Of a stretch of 54,409 nucleotides of DNA, positions 9,515 through 19,199 are shown piece after piece. The stretch is from a virus (taxonomy: Duplodnaviria; Caudoviricetes). A model generated the notes under the pieces. The model did no database searches. It saw only the letters and a program-made list of their open reading frames with translations, and was not told the DNA's origin. Location of the stretch: positions 1 through 54,409 of IMG/VR virus record IMGVR_UViG_3300023109_001408. One strand, 5' to 3'. Position 1 is the first letter of the stretch. The number at the start of each line of letters is the position of its first letter. The position numbers were made by a program, and so were the translations under genes.

Positions 9515-9588
9515 TAAGTGTCCTCCTTGGTGGGATAAGTTAGCAAGGACTTCATTTTCCAGTAAAGGAAAAATCTTCCCTACACTTT

Positions 9589-9651
9589 TACTTATCATCG
9601 AGATGTTGGAATAAAATTATATGTTAACTACTAAACTACGATAAATAAGTA
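9589..9651. promoter_or_regulatory. divergent pair of putative late-promoter boxes
   Basis: ATAAGTA on the minus strand at 9589-9595 toward phoH; ATAAATA(AGTA) on the plus strand at 9641-9651. Confidence 0.5.
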
Positions 9652-9673
9652 TAGTAGAGAATGGACTTTAAAT

Positions 9674-10192
9674 ATGCATGATGTTTTAGATATTATTAAA
9701 AACGTAGAATCAATTTATGATTCAAACACTTCCTTCAATGTACTAAAGGACTTTGAAAGAGTATTAGATGAACTAGATATCTATGTTTACAAAAATTGGA
9801 GTGATGGCGAAATTGCTGAAGGTCCAAAGATTGAAAGACACTGGGTAACTTGCAGTTTCTTCTGGGATGAAGATAAAATGCCAGACCCAATGGGCGGCAA
9901 ACGTTTGTTAGATTATGATTGTAAAGTAAAATACAAGAAAAGTCACATAGTTGAGCCACGTAAAATTGAAAAACAAGACGATATTCGTCCAGGTACTAAA
10001 AAAGGCAAATTAGACAGACGTCCTATATGGATGGTAGAAATTCAAATGCCTAAAAAGTTAATTGCAGACATATACACTGGTTACATCGAATCATCATTTA
10101 TTGATCCAACCGAAACTCCAGCGCCACAAGAAAATCCAGATGAGCAACCAGCGGATGCAATAGCAGATCCAGCAGCAGAGGCAGCAGTATAA
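9674..10192 (+). CDS. hypothetical phage protein
   Basis: 172-aa ORF downstream of a late box; coupled to the next ORF. Confidence 0.75.
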   Translation: MHDVLDIIKNVESIYDSNTSFNVLKDFERVLDELDIYVYKNWSDGEIAEGPKIERHWVTCSFFWDEDKMPDPMGGKRLLDYDCKVKYKKSHIVEPRKIEKQDDIRPGTKKGKLDRRPIWMVEIQMPKKLIADIYTGYIESSFIDPTETPAPQENPDEQPADAIADPAAEAAV

Positions 10193-10926
10193 TGACACTA
10201 CAACAATATGACTTACGAGACCTAGTAGATGACATTTTAGAAATCGACGGTTACAAAAGTAAAATGGGATCGGACAAGGATATTGTTACAGTTGCATTTG
10301 CTACTAAAACTAAAGAAAGTGCTGATGACCTAGCAAGCTTTATTGAGCGTGGATACACGTTTGTACTAGATGCAGATGCCACAAGTGGCGAACAATCAGA
10401 TGGTACATACAAGGTGTTTGTTGAAATACAACGAGATGACGGCGTTGGTGAGCAGATTATGGAACTTGCTAATGGTTTAGAAAATCTAACTGGCATGGGC
10501 GATATGAAATTTCGTTACTACAAAGAGTTTCGCAGCAAACCATTAACACTAGAAGAATTAAACGGAGCAGTAACTTCTGATCCAGACTTATATGGCGTAG
10601 ACAGTGATATATTAAATGACCTGTCTGAGTCAATGAATAACTATTCAAACTTTTTTAACAAAAGTATGGTAGAAAATGTAAACATGTGGGGCAACATGCT
10701 TACTATTAAAAAGGCGTGGGCGGACCCAATTGCATTTAAATTTGTAGACTTTGGTCCTACTGTTGAGACATTAGAAAGTATTACTGAATCATTCAATGCA
10801 AACGACTTTTCAGAGATAATATTCCTTTCTAAATATGTTGGCGACTATAACATTACTAAATATGGTGGCAAGCTAACGTTCGAAAACAGTGGACACACAC
10901 TAGTTTTAGAACGTATCATATTATAA
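10192..10926 (+). CDS. hypothetical phage protein
   Basis: 244-aa ORF with TAATG coupling. Confidence 0.75.
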   Translation: MTLQQYDLRDLVDDILEIDGYKSKMGSDKDIVTVAFATKTKESADDLASFIERGYTFVLDADATSGEQSDGTYKVFVEIQRDDGVGEQIMELANGLENLTGMGDMKFRYYKEFRSKPLTLEELNGAVTSDPDLYGVDSDILNDLSESMNNYSNFFNKSMVENVNMWGNMLTIKKAWADPIAFKFVDFGPTVETLESITESFNANDFSEIIFLSKYVGDYNITKYGGKLTFENSGHTLVLERIIL

Positions 10927-10936
10927 AGGATAGACA

Positions 10937-11785
10937 ATGGCACGAGAAGATTTTGAATTTGAATTCACCGAAGAGATGGTGATTGAGATGCTTCGTGGGA
11001 ACGAAGAAGCAGAGGATTGGTATGACGCAATGTGCGAAATACTTCCGCTGTGGGAAATGAATACTCCGGAGCGTGTAGCAATGTTTATTGCACAGTGCGG
11101 GCATGAATCAAACAACTTTAAAGTACTAAGTGAAAACTTAAACTACAGTGCTAAAGCACTTGATGCTTTATTTGGCAAATATTTTAAGAGAGCAGGCAGA
11201 GATGCGCAAGAATATCATAGACAACCTAGAAAAATCGCAAACGTTATTTACGCTTCACGTATGGACAACGGCGACACTGATAGCGGTGACGGCTGGCGTT
11301 TTCGCGGTGGTGGCATACTTCAGTTAACTGGACGTTATAACTATACCGAATTTGCAAAAGAATTAGAAATGTCCCCAGAAGAAGCAGTAGACTATGTACG
11401 CACTAAAAAAGGCGCACTAGACTCAGCATGTTGGTTCTGGGATACAAACGGCTTAAACAAGTATTGCGATGCAAGAGATGTTAAAGGCGCTACAAAGCGT
11501 ATTAACGGTGGTTACATTGGTTTGGAAGATCGTGAGAAGCATTACAAACACGCAATGGAAGTATTAGGTGGACATTGGTCACCAAGTAAAATGGTATACG
11601 AAACTATTCGTGTAGGGTCAAGAGGACCAACAGTTAGAGCAGTACAAGAAGAATTAGAAATTGGTGCAGATGGAATCTTTGGCAGAGGTACTGAAGCACA
11701 TATTAAAGCATGGCAAGAGGAAAACGGACTAACAGCAGATGGAATTATGGGTCCAAAGAGTCTTGCACTAATGTTCGGAGACTAA
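10937..11785 (+). CDS. endolysin: GH19 chitinase/lysozyme-like domain plus C-terminal peptidoglycan-binding domain
   Basis: AMFIAQCGHES, ENLNYS, FRGGGILQLTGRYNY, TKRING; PG-binding ADGIFG..T and ADGIMGP repeats. Confidence 0.9.
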   Translation: MAREDFEFEFTEEMVIEMLRGNEEAEDWYDAMCEILPLWEMNTPERVAMFIAQCGHESNNFKVLSENLNYSAKALDALFGKYFKRAGRDAQEYHRQPRKIANVIYASRMDNGDTDSGDGWRFRGGGILQLTGRYNYTEFAKELEMSPEEAVDYVRTKKGALDSACWFWDTNGLNKYCDARDVKGATKRINGGYIGLEDREKHYKHAMEVLGGHWSPSKMVYETIRVGSRGPTVRAVQEELEIGADGIFGRGTEAHIKAWQEENGLTADGIMGPKSLALMFGD

Positions 11786-11789
11786 AATT

Positions 11790-12272
11790 ATGAAACTGTC
11801 AGGAATACTTTTAATTGTTATAATGACTATGGGAGGTCTAGGATATTGGTACTATACTGATACTCAAAAGACTATTGCCGTATTAACTGAAAACAATGCA
11901 AAACTAAACGTGGCAGTTGAAACAAACGAAGCTACTATAACTGCAATAACAGCAGATTTTAAAAAAGCAAACGAAGAAATTACTAGAGTAAATGCTGAAT
12001 TTGCTGCCACAAGACAACAAAATAATATATTAGCAGATAAACTTGCAAAACACGACTTAGAGCTATTAGCGTCTCAAAGGCCTGATTCAATTGAAAGATT
12101 AATTAACGGTGGATCAGCAGCAGCAGGACGATGTTTTGAATTATTATCTGGTTCACCACTAACGGAGAAAGAGAAAAATGCAAAGAATGAAAAGGCCTTT
12201 AATAATGAGTGTCCTTGGCTTTATGACACTTATAAGTCTCGCGGCTTGCTCAACGACACCACAACGGATTGA
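11790..12272 (+). CDS. i-spanin (Rz-like)
   Basis: Single N-terminal TM helix, coiled coil and two Cys; follows the endolysin. Confidence 0.7.
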   Translation: MKLSGILLIVIMTMGGLGYWYYTDTQKTIAVLTENNAKLNVAVETNEATITAITADFKKANEEITRVNAEFAATRQQNNILADKLAKHDLELLASQRPDSIERLINGGSAAAGRCFELLSGSPLTEKEKNAKNEKAFNNECPWLYDTYKSRGLLNDTTTD

Positions 12273-12642
12273 AGTAACTAGTAGACCGATTGAAAAGCCT
12301 GAGCTAAATTTGCCAGCAGTTGATCAAGTCTCTATGCGTAAAGTTGAATGGGTTATAATTACTGAAGCTAATATGGAAGAAGAAGTTACCAAATGGACAG
12401 CCGGCGGCAAGCCACTGGCAGTATTTGCATTAACTGCGGATGGTTACGAACGTCTTGGACAGAACTTTAGTGATATTAGAGCATTGGTACAGCAACAGCA
12501 GGCTATTATTGCTGCATACGACAACTATTATAAAGCATCAGAAGAAGTACTTGATAATGCAGAAGCTGATAGAGTAATAAAAGAATCAGCAGATGCAGCA
12601 AATAACACAAAAAGTGGCTGGGACCTTAATCCTTTCGATTAA
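12187..12642 (+). CDS. o-spanin (Rz1-like lipoprotein)
   Basis: Signal peptide with LAAC lipobox; overlaps the 3' end of the i-spanin. Confidence 0.72.
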   Translation: MKRPLIMSVLGFMTLISLAACSTTPQRIEVTSRPIEKPELNLPAVDQVSMRKVEWVIITEANMEEEVTKWTAGGKPLAVFALTADGYERLGQNFSDIRALVQQQQAIIAAYDNYYKASEEVLDNAEADRVIKESADAANNTKSGWDLNPFD

Positions 12643-12645
12643 ACG

Positions 12646-12678
12646 ATAAATACCATAGTAACAAAAGGATTACTATGG
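12646..12678 (+). promoter_or_regulatory. late box ATAAATA followed by a hairpin covering the RBS and start codon
   Basis: ATAAATA at 12646-12652; perfect 9-bp stem CCATAGTAA/TTACTATGG containing ATG 12675. Confidence 0.6.
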
Positions 12679-12959
12679 ATATAATTTACCAAATGTTGAA
12701 CGACACTCTGTGGATATACACAGCAATCGCCGGATCAATTCTAGGCGCAGGGTTCCTATTTTGGTTTAAAGACACAAGAATGGCTACATGGGCAGTAGGC
12801 AAGTTTGACGCTACACTAGAATATCTAGCAATTCGCTGGGGCTGGACTTGGTTCCAAAATGATCCTAATGCATGGCGAGTAAAATACCCAAAGATTACTG
12901 CAAAAATTGATGAGTTAGAAGCTCGTATAATCGAGTTGGAGAATAAAGATGGAAAGTGA
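12675..12959 (+). CDS. small membrane protein, holin/antiholin candidate
   Basis: N-terminal TM helix; located in the lysis cassette. Confidence 0.5.
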   Translation: MDIIYQMLNDTLWIYTAIAGSILGAGFLFWFKDTRMATWAVGKFDATLEYLAIRWGWTWFQNDPNAWRVKYPKITAKIDELEARIIELENKDGK

Positions 12960-13365
12960 AATAATGGGCGCAGGAGGCGTAGGGCTTGAATTAGCAGAAA
13001 TGGCAACACCATTTATAGCAGCACTATTTGCATTAGTTGTAACACTAATGTTCAAAGACTATGCAACAAAAATTGCAAAGGGTATGGCATTTAAAATGAA
13101 CCCTGCTTTTAAAGAAGGTGACAAAGTTATACTAGACGGTGAAAGAGCTCTTATTGTAAAAATAGGAAATACTGAAACAGTATTTGGAATACACAAAGCT
13201 AGTGGAGAATTTAAAGGCGATTATATTTGGCGATATGTACCAAATGAAAGAATACCTGCACTAAAGATTGAAAAGATTATCTTCGATGCAACACCAGAAA
13301 CAAACGAGAAAAAGATAGAACAAAATGGGCATAAGATTGACACACTTATCAAGGAGGGAAAGTAA
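12949..13365 (+). CDS. membrane protein with an MscS-like middle beta domain
   Basis: TM helix followed by FKEGDKVILDGERALIVKIG, resembling the MscS F..GD.I.....G.V..I motif. Confidence 0.5.
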   Translation: MESEIMGAGGVGLELAEMATPFIAALFALVVTLMFKDYATKIAKGMAFKMNPAFKEGDKVILDGERALIVKIGNTETVFGIHKASGEFKGDYIWRYVPNERIPALKIEKIIFDATPETNEKKIEQNGHKIDTLIKEGK

Positions 13366-13799
13366 TGCCAAGAAAGAAGCCATCAGAATTAAAAACAGAA
13401 CCAGCAGCGGCGCCGGAACCAGCAGCAGCACCTGCTCCAGTAGCAGCACCTGAAATTGAATATAACAGACCAACTATGACTATTGATAGTACTGTTATGG
13501 AAAGTGCAGATTTAAATGGTGACGGACACATTTCCAAAAAAGAAATGGAAATGCATTTAGAATTCAAACGCAAAGAACTTGAAGATGCAGATGCTATGCG
13601 TGATGCACAGCGTAATATGACTTGGTTTGCACTATTTGGACTACTATTGTATCCATTTGCAGTTGTAGGAGCAAGTTTTGTAGGGCTTACAGAAGCAGCA
13701 AAAGTACTAGGGTCAATGGCGCCGACATATTTTGTTGCTGTTGCTGGTATTGTTGCAGCGTTCTTTGGTGCGCAAGCATATAAAGGAAAAGGCAAGTAA
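13365..13799 (+). CDS. two-TM holin-like protein with an EF-hand loop
   Basis: Pro/Ala-rich N-terminus, DLNGDGHISKKE loop, two C-terminal TM helices, basic tail. Confidence 0.55.
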   Translation: MPRKKPSELKTEPAAAPEPAAAPAPVAAPEIEYNRPTMTIDSTVMESADLNGDGHISKKEMEMHLEFKRKELEDADAMRDAQRNMTWFALFGLLLYPFAVVGASFVGLTEAAKVLGSMAPTYFVAVAGIVAAFFGAQAYKGKGK

Positions 13800-13815
13800 T
13801 CATTACTGCTAATTT

Positions 13816-13854
13816 GTAATAGTCCGTACGATAAGTAATTGTATGGACTATTAC
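13816..13854 (+). promoter_or_regulatory. 14-bp hairpin with an ATAAGTA box in the loop, covering the dnaJ start codon
   Basis: GTAATAGTCCGTAC / GTATGGACTATTAC (one G-U pair); box at 13831-13837; ATG 13843. Confidence 0.6.
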
Positions 13855-14679
13855 TCTATTCTAGGTATACCTAGAAACGCATCTCCAGAACAAATTAAGA
13901 AAGCATACAAGAAGGCAAGTATGCAGCATCATCCTGACAGGGGTGGGAATCAAGACGAATTTGTTAAAGTTCAGCAAGCATATGAAATATTAAGCAACAG
14001 TGATAAACGCAGCGCCTATGATAATCCACATCCACAAGGGTTTGGTCCCAATGGATTTCAAGGCACGGGCGGATTTGAAGAAGCAATGCGTCAAGCAAAT
14101 GCACAATACGGCAATATGTTTGGTCAAGGATTTGCACAACAGCGTCAAACTCCACGTAATCGAGACATAACTGTACAAGCAGATATAAGCTTAAAAGACG
14201 TAATAACTGGTAAAAATTTAATAATTCAATATCAGCTTCAAACTGGAGAATTAGAAACAGTTACAGTTGATGTGCCTGCAGGCGCAAAACATGGCGATAC
14301 GATACAATATGAAGCATTAGGCGATAAAGGCCACCCTAACTATCCTCGGGGAAATTTAAATGTAAGAATCAAGGTCAGTAAAGATCGTCATTGGCACAGA
14401 GATAATGATAATTTATTTACAAAATCACTCGTAAATATATTTGACTTATTGCTAGGATGTGTTATAATAATTACAACGTTAGACGGAAAAAGGTTAGAAA
14501 TAAAAGTTCCACAAGGCACAAAACCAGGCGCAAAGTTTAGTATTCCAGGCTACGGATTGCCTAGCATGCATACTAGACAAAGAGGCATACTTTTTGTTGA
14601 GATAGAAACAGATATGCCTACAATAACAAATGAACTTGTATTAAACAGAATACAACAACTTAAAAACGATATAAATTAA
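13843..14679 (+). CDS. dnaJ: DnaJ/CbpA-like chaperone lacking the zinc finger
   Basis: DYYSILG, HPD motif, G/F-rich linker, C-terminal DnaJ domain. Confidence 0.9.
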   Translation: MDYYSILGIPRNASPEQIKKAYKKASMQHHPDRGGNQDEFVKVQQAYEILSNSDKRSAYDNPHPQGFGPNGFQGTGGFEEAMRQANAQYGNMFGQGFAQQRQTPRNRDITVQADISLKDVITGKNLIIQYQLQTGELETVTVDVPAGAKHGDTIQYEALGDKGHPNYPRGNLNVRIKVSKDRHWHRDNDNLFTKSLVNIFDLLLGCVIIITTLDGKRLEIKVPQGTKPGAKFSIPGYGLPSMHTRQRGILFVEIETDMPTITNELVLNRIQQLKNDIN

Positions 14680-14697
14680 GAGGATTAACAACTTAGT

Positions 14698-16947
14698 ATG
14701 GTAGAGCCAAGCAAAGAATTACAACTTGTTTTTGATAAAAGCATTAAAGATGCACAAAAACTTCAACACGAATATATAACTCTAGAGCATTTGTTGTATT
14801 CAATGTTCTGTGAAGAAAACTTTGTTAATATTATTACAATGTTTGGTGCTGATGTTGACTATATCAAAGCAAATCTTGAACATCATCTTAAAACACAATG
14901 TGATAATATTAAAATTGATGTGAAAAAATTTAAACCTAAGAAAACTGCCACAGTTGAAAGGGTGCTAAATCGTGCTTTCACACAGGTATTATTTGCTGGC
15001 AGACAACACATTGAATTGGCTGATGTTTTACTGTCTATACTTTCAGAAAAGAAAAGTGTAGGCACATATTATTTAGAAAAAGGTGGCGTTGAAAAGACTA
15101 AGTTTTCTGAATTTATTAATAATGAGTTGGATGAAGAAGATTTTGAAGATGAAGAAATATCAGGCGAAGCTCGTAAAGCATTACGTGCATTTACAACTAA
15201 TCTAAATGATCAAGTCAAGCGTGGTAAAGTTGATCCTATTATTGGACGTGGTGAAGAACTTGAAAGTTTAGCCCTTGCACTAGGTCGTAGACAGAAGAAT
15301 AATGTACTAATGGTCGGTGATCCAGGTGTTGGTAAAACTGCCATTGCAGAAGGTCTAGCATACAACATTGAAAACAATATGGTGCCTGAATTTTTAAAAG
15401 AATATAAAGTTTATAACCTAGATATTGGTGCAATGCTTGCTGGATCAAAGTATCGCGGAGACTTTGAAGAACGCTTTAAACTAGTGCTACAAGCCCTTAC
15501 AAAGCAAGGCAAAACTATTATGTTTGTAGACGAAGCACATATGATGAATGGTGCAGGAGCAGGCGGAGGGAGTAATTCAAATGATCTTGCTAACATGCTA
15601 AAGCCTGCACTTACCAAAGGCGATTTAAAAGTTGTTGCTTCAACTACTTGGGAAGAATATCGCAAGTACTTTGAAAAGGATCGTGCATTGATGCGTCGAT
15701 TCCAACGTGTAGTAGTCGGCGAGCCTAGTAAAGAAACCACTACAGAAATATTACAAGGCATTAAAAAGTATTACGAAGATTATCACAATACTACTATTAC
15801 CCAAGAAGCTATTGACGCGGCTGTAAAATTAAGTATCAAATATCAAAGCGATAAAAAACTACCTGACAAAGCAATTGACTTGATTGATGTAGCGTGTAGT
15901 CGCTTCAAGGTCAACAATGTTGTAGATGGAGAGAAGATTGTAGGCGAAGAAGAGATTCAATTTGAAATTGCTAAAATGTTAGACTTGCCTGCTGAACATG
16001 TTGCAGAGAAAGAAACAAGCAATCTTGCTAATCTAGAAGACAATATTAAGAAAGTAGTGTATGGGCAAGATAGTGCAATCGAAAATATTGTAGATAAGAT
16101 TCTTGTAAGTCAAGCAGGACTTAAAGCTGATGATAAACCAGTAGGCGCTTTTGTATTCATGGGACCAACTGGTACAGGTAAAACTGAAACAGCCAAGGCA
16201 CTTGCCGAACAACTTGGCGTAAAACTTGTACGTATCGATATGAGTGAATACATGGAGAAACACAGTGTAAGCAAGCTGATTGGTAGCCCTCCAGGATATG
16301 TAGGTCATGAAGAAAACGCAGGTATCTTGATTACTAAACTGCAAGAAGCTCCTAACTGTGTACTATTGTTAGATGAGATTGAAAAAGCGCACCCAGATGT
16401 ATCGCAAATCTTGTTGCAAGTAATGGACAATGGTAAGATCACAGGATCTAATGGTAAAGAAGCAGATGCACGTAATTGTACACTTATTCTTACTACTAAC
16501 TTAGGCGCTAAAGATGCAGAGAAAAATACTATCGGCTTTGGTGGAGATGAAAACGAGCATGTTTATGAAGATAAAGCTCTTAAGAAATTCTTTAGTCCAG
16601 AGTTCCGCAATCGACTAGATGGCGTAATTACATTTGCAAGTCTTGGCAAGCCTGTGATGATGAAAATTGTTGGCAAATTCCTTGTTGAACTTAAAGACAT
16701 GGTCAAAGACAAAGGTATTACAATTACTATTAGTGATGATGCATTAGATCATCTAGTAGACAAAGGATTTGATCCTAAAATGGGTGCAAGACCATTACAG
16801 CGTGTGATAGATCAAGACATAAAACGTCCTCTATCTAAACAAATGTTGTTTGGAGATCTTAAAAATGGCGGCGTAGTTAATATAGACTTCCAAGACAATA
16901 AGCTAGTTTTAGCCTGTGTCGACGAGCAAACCATTGAAACAGTTTGA
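14698..16947 (+). CDS. clpA: ClpA-type AAA+ unfoldase
   Basis: Clp N-domain; two Walker A motifs (GDPGVGKT, GPTGTGKT); GYVG pore loop; IGF loop; no ClpB middle domain. Confidence 0.92.
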   Translation: MVEPSKELQLVFDKSIKDAQKLQHEYITLEHLLYSMFCEENFVNIITMFGADVDYIKANLEHHLKTQCDNIKIDVKKFKPKKTATVERVLNRAFTQVLFAGRQHIELADVLLSILSEKKSVGTYYLEKGGVEKTKFSEFINNELDEEDFEDEEISGEARKALRAFTTNLNDQVKRGKVDPIIGRGEELESLALALGRRQKNNVLMVGDPGVGKTAIAEGLAYNIENNMVPEFLKEYKVYNLDIGAMLAGSKYRGDFEERFKLVLQALTKQGKTIMFVDEAHMMNGAGAGGGSNSNDLANMLKPALTKGDLKVVASTTWEEYRKYFEKDRALMRRFQRVVVGEPSKETTTEILQGIKKYYEDYHNTTITQEAIDAAVKLSIKYQSDKKLPDKAIDLIDVACSRFKVNNVVDGEKIVGEEEIQFEIAKMLDLPAEHVAEKETSNLANLEDNIKKVVYGQDSAIENIVDKILVSQAGLKADDKPVGAFVFMGPTGTGKTETAKALAEQLGVKLVRIDMSEYMEKHSVSKLIGSPPGYVGHEENAGILITKLQEAPNCVLLLDEIEKAHPDVSQILLQVMDNGKITGSNGKEADARNCTLILTTNLGAKDAEKNTIGFGGDENEHVYEDKALKKFFSPEFRNRLDGVITFASLGKPVMMKIVGKFLVELKDMVKDKGITITISDDALDHLVDKGFDPKMGARPLQRVIDQDIKRPLSKQMLFGDLKNGGVVNIDFQDNKLVLACVDEQTIETV

Positions 16948-17626
16948 ATCACGTAAATTGTTCTATTCGGAATACCTTTATAAATTGGTATTCCGGAATG
17001 AACTACATAATATTTTTAGATCAGAATTACAGAAGAAAGAAAAATTAAGTTATGCAAGAGAACAGCTTGATTATCTGACTGAACAATATAGAAATAATGA
17101 GCCATTACTAAAAAAACAATTTCGGTCACATGTTATAATTGATGTAAATGATTATTTAGATGCTATGAGCATATACACTATATTAAAAAATAGCGAAGAA
17201 TATAAATTAAGAATTGATCCTTATTCCTGTATTACACTGTTTTCAAATAACAAAAATTTTCTTTTAAATTTATCATCTAGATTAAAAACTTCGACTGAAT
17301 TTTGGGAGCCTGATCCTAAACATATTGAAACTTTAAAATCTAAAACCAAAATACAGATTGTAGATAATCTTCCTAAATTGCCAATAAAAGTGTGGTTTAA
17401 TAGCACACGTATTAATACAGATTTTGCAACTTGGATACGAGCAAATGAAGACAAGTGCAAGATAGGCAAAATTGCACTAGAAGGCTTAGAAAATTACGGC
17501 TATTTAAATGGTTTGTACATATATCTTAGAGATGAAAAAATACTAAATCTTGTGACATTACTAGCAGGGTCTAGTATTAGAAATGTAGAGAAATTAGTAT
17601 ACAGCGGCGATATTGATAAATATTAG
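16916..17626 (+). CDS. hypothetical protein
   Basis: 236-aa AT-rich ORF. Confidence 0.65.
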   Translation: MSTSKPLKQFESRKLFYSEYLYKLVFRNELHNIFRSELQKKEKLSYAREQLDYLTEQYRNNEPLLKKQFRSHVIIDVNDYLDAMSIYTILKNSEEYKLRIDPYSCITLFSNNKNFLLNLSSRLKTSTEFWEPDPKHIETLKSKTKIQIVDNLPKLPIKVWFNSTRINTDFATWIRANEDKCKIGKIALEGLENYGYLNGLYIYLRDEKILNLVTLLAGSSIRNVEKLVYSGDIDKY

Positions 17627-17627
17627 T

Positions 17628-17966
17628 ATGGCACAAAGTGAAACAATATTAACAGCACAAACTCACCCAGGGGGCGGTACGACTGAGACTGTAACCGGTG
17701 AGAAGTTTAAGGGCGACGGTTACTACGGACGTAGTGACGGATTGCACAGCGTACAGTACACCTACAGCGTGTTAACAGGTACAATAACTATACAAGGCAC
17801 TCTTGCAGTTACACCTGTAGAAGCAGACTGGTTTGATGTACATACATATACAGCAACAGAAGAAACAGCAAGTAAAATTGCAAGTTTTACTGGCAATTAT
17901 GTATGGATTAGAGCACAAGTAGTGTATACAGACGGTTCTGTTAATTCAGTAACACTAAATCATTAA
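17628..17966 (+). CDS. beta-rich hypothetical protein, possibly structural
   Basis: ATG lies 5 nt after ATAAATA (17616-17622); Thr/Gly/Val-rich. Confidence 0.65.
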   Translation: MAQSETILTAQTHPGGGTTETVTGEKFKGDGYYGRSDGLHSVQYTYSVLTGTITIQGTLAVTPVEADWFDVHTYTATEETASKIASFTGNYVWIRAQVVYTDGSVNSVTLNH

Positions 17967-17976
17967 GGTATAAGAT

Positions 17977-18567
17977 ATGGAAAATTTTGTAAGAGTCGTA
18001 ATGGAAAAACAGGAAGGTGCTACTAAACTAGATGAAAGCATCTTTACAGAAAGTCAAGTATTCGTAACTGAACAAGACTGCACAGTATTTCAAATTCCAT
18101 TAACTAAAGAACTATCAGAAGACGAAGCAAACGAATATGCTGAAAAACTCGCAAACTATATGTTTGAACAAGGTTATGAAGACTTTGATATTGAAATTGG
18201 TAATGCACATGACGAAATTACTGAAGAAACTTACGATGATGACGATGAGTTTTACGAACAGTATGGAATGTTATGGTACAACGAAGACGATGATCCAATG
18301 GACGAAGCAGAATATCAAGGCCGCAAAGTTAAATTGGGTAAACCAATGGCAGGTGATGTCAAGAAGTTTAAAGTATACGTAAGAGATCCAAAGACTAAGA
18401 ATATTAAGAAAGTTAACTTTGGTCATGGTGGCTCAAGCGTTAAGGGCAAATCAATGCGTATTAGAAAAAATAATCCAGGCGCACGTAAGAGTTTTAGAGC
18501 AAGACACAATTGCGATAATCCTGGCCCGCGCACAAAAGCAAGATATTGGAGTTGTAGAAAATGGTAA
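17977..18567 (+). CDS. putative virion-internal protein with acidic N-part and basic C-terminal domain
   Basis: DEAE junction precedes a basic domain ending KVNFG...SFRARHNC...RYWSCRKW. Confidence 0.6.
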   Translation: MENFVRVVMEKQEGATKLDESIFTESQVFVTEQDCTVFQIPLTKELSEDEANEYAEKLANYMFEQGYEDFDIEIGNAHDEITEETYDDDDEFYEQYGMLWYNEDDDPMDEAEYQGRKVKLGKPMAGDVKKFKVYVRDPKTKNIKKVNFGHGGSSVKGKSMRIRKNNPGARKSFRARHNCDNPGPRTKARYWSCRKW

Positions 18568-18866
18568 AATCAGAAGCACAGTTAATAAGAGAAATGGGAG
18601 ATCGTTTATCAGCACTATACGATGAGCCAGCAGTAGCAGAAGACGAAGGCAAAACTGTTAAAGTTAGAGTGATTAATAGTGGTCACGGCAGAGACGATGA
18701 TGGTAATTTAAGATCTGATCAGGGTATGATGGATGCACAAATTGTTGGTCAAGAATTAGACCTAAACATGAAGCCTATCCTTAAAGTTAGAATTAAAAAT
18801 GTTAATTTAGGTGACCCAGTTGTTGCGGAATTCCGCGATGGTGGTTGGGTCGTAGATATGGACTAA
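18561..18866 (+). CDS. hypothetical protein, putative virion-internal
   Basis: Coupled ORF; VAED site. Confidence 0.55.
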   Translation: MVKSEAQLIREMGDRLSALYDEPAVAEDEGKTVKVRVINSGHGRDDDGNLRSDQGMMDAQIVGQELDLNMKPILKVRIKNVNLGDPVVAEFRDGGWVVDMD

Positions 18867-18869
18867 ACA

Positions 18870-19199
18870 ATGCGTATTGATGAATTTGCACAACCAATGG
18901 ACGATAAACTACCGTTTGATGTAGTAGATGACATTGCTATCTATATGCGTAACGATCCTATGTTTTATCGTAAGTCGTTATTTCCAGCTATCATGCAGAT
19001 GAAAGATCGTCATGATGCAGGAAAAGCATGTGTTGCTGAAGAATGTCTAGGCGAAGTATGTAGTCGTGCAATGGAATCATATTGTAATAAATTTAAACTA
19101 GGTTCGCCTGAGAATATTTTTAAGCCAGAAGACAAAACTCTGCTAGTACAAAAAGTGTACGGCGAAGAAATGAAAATGATTAAAGATGGAGCATACTAA
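18870..19199 (+). CDS. hypothetical protein, putative virion-internal
   Basis: MRIDEF N-terminus shared with neighbours. Confidence 0.6.
   Translation: MRIDEFAQPMDDKLPFDVVDDIAIYMRNDPMFYRKSLFPAIMQMKDRHDAGKACVAEECLGEVCSRAMESYCNKFKLGSPENIFKPEDKTLLVQKVYGEEMKMIKDGAY

Noticed and set aside
13396-13452. PAAAP coding repeats as a DNA repeat element
   Set aside because: Low-complexity Pro/Ala linker with synonymous variation; explained at the protein level.
17611-17628. Start-occluding hairpin at the 17616 late box
   Set aside because: Only about 7 AT/GU pairs with a very small loop; too weak to count with the four stronger cases.
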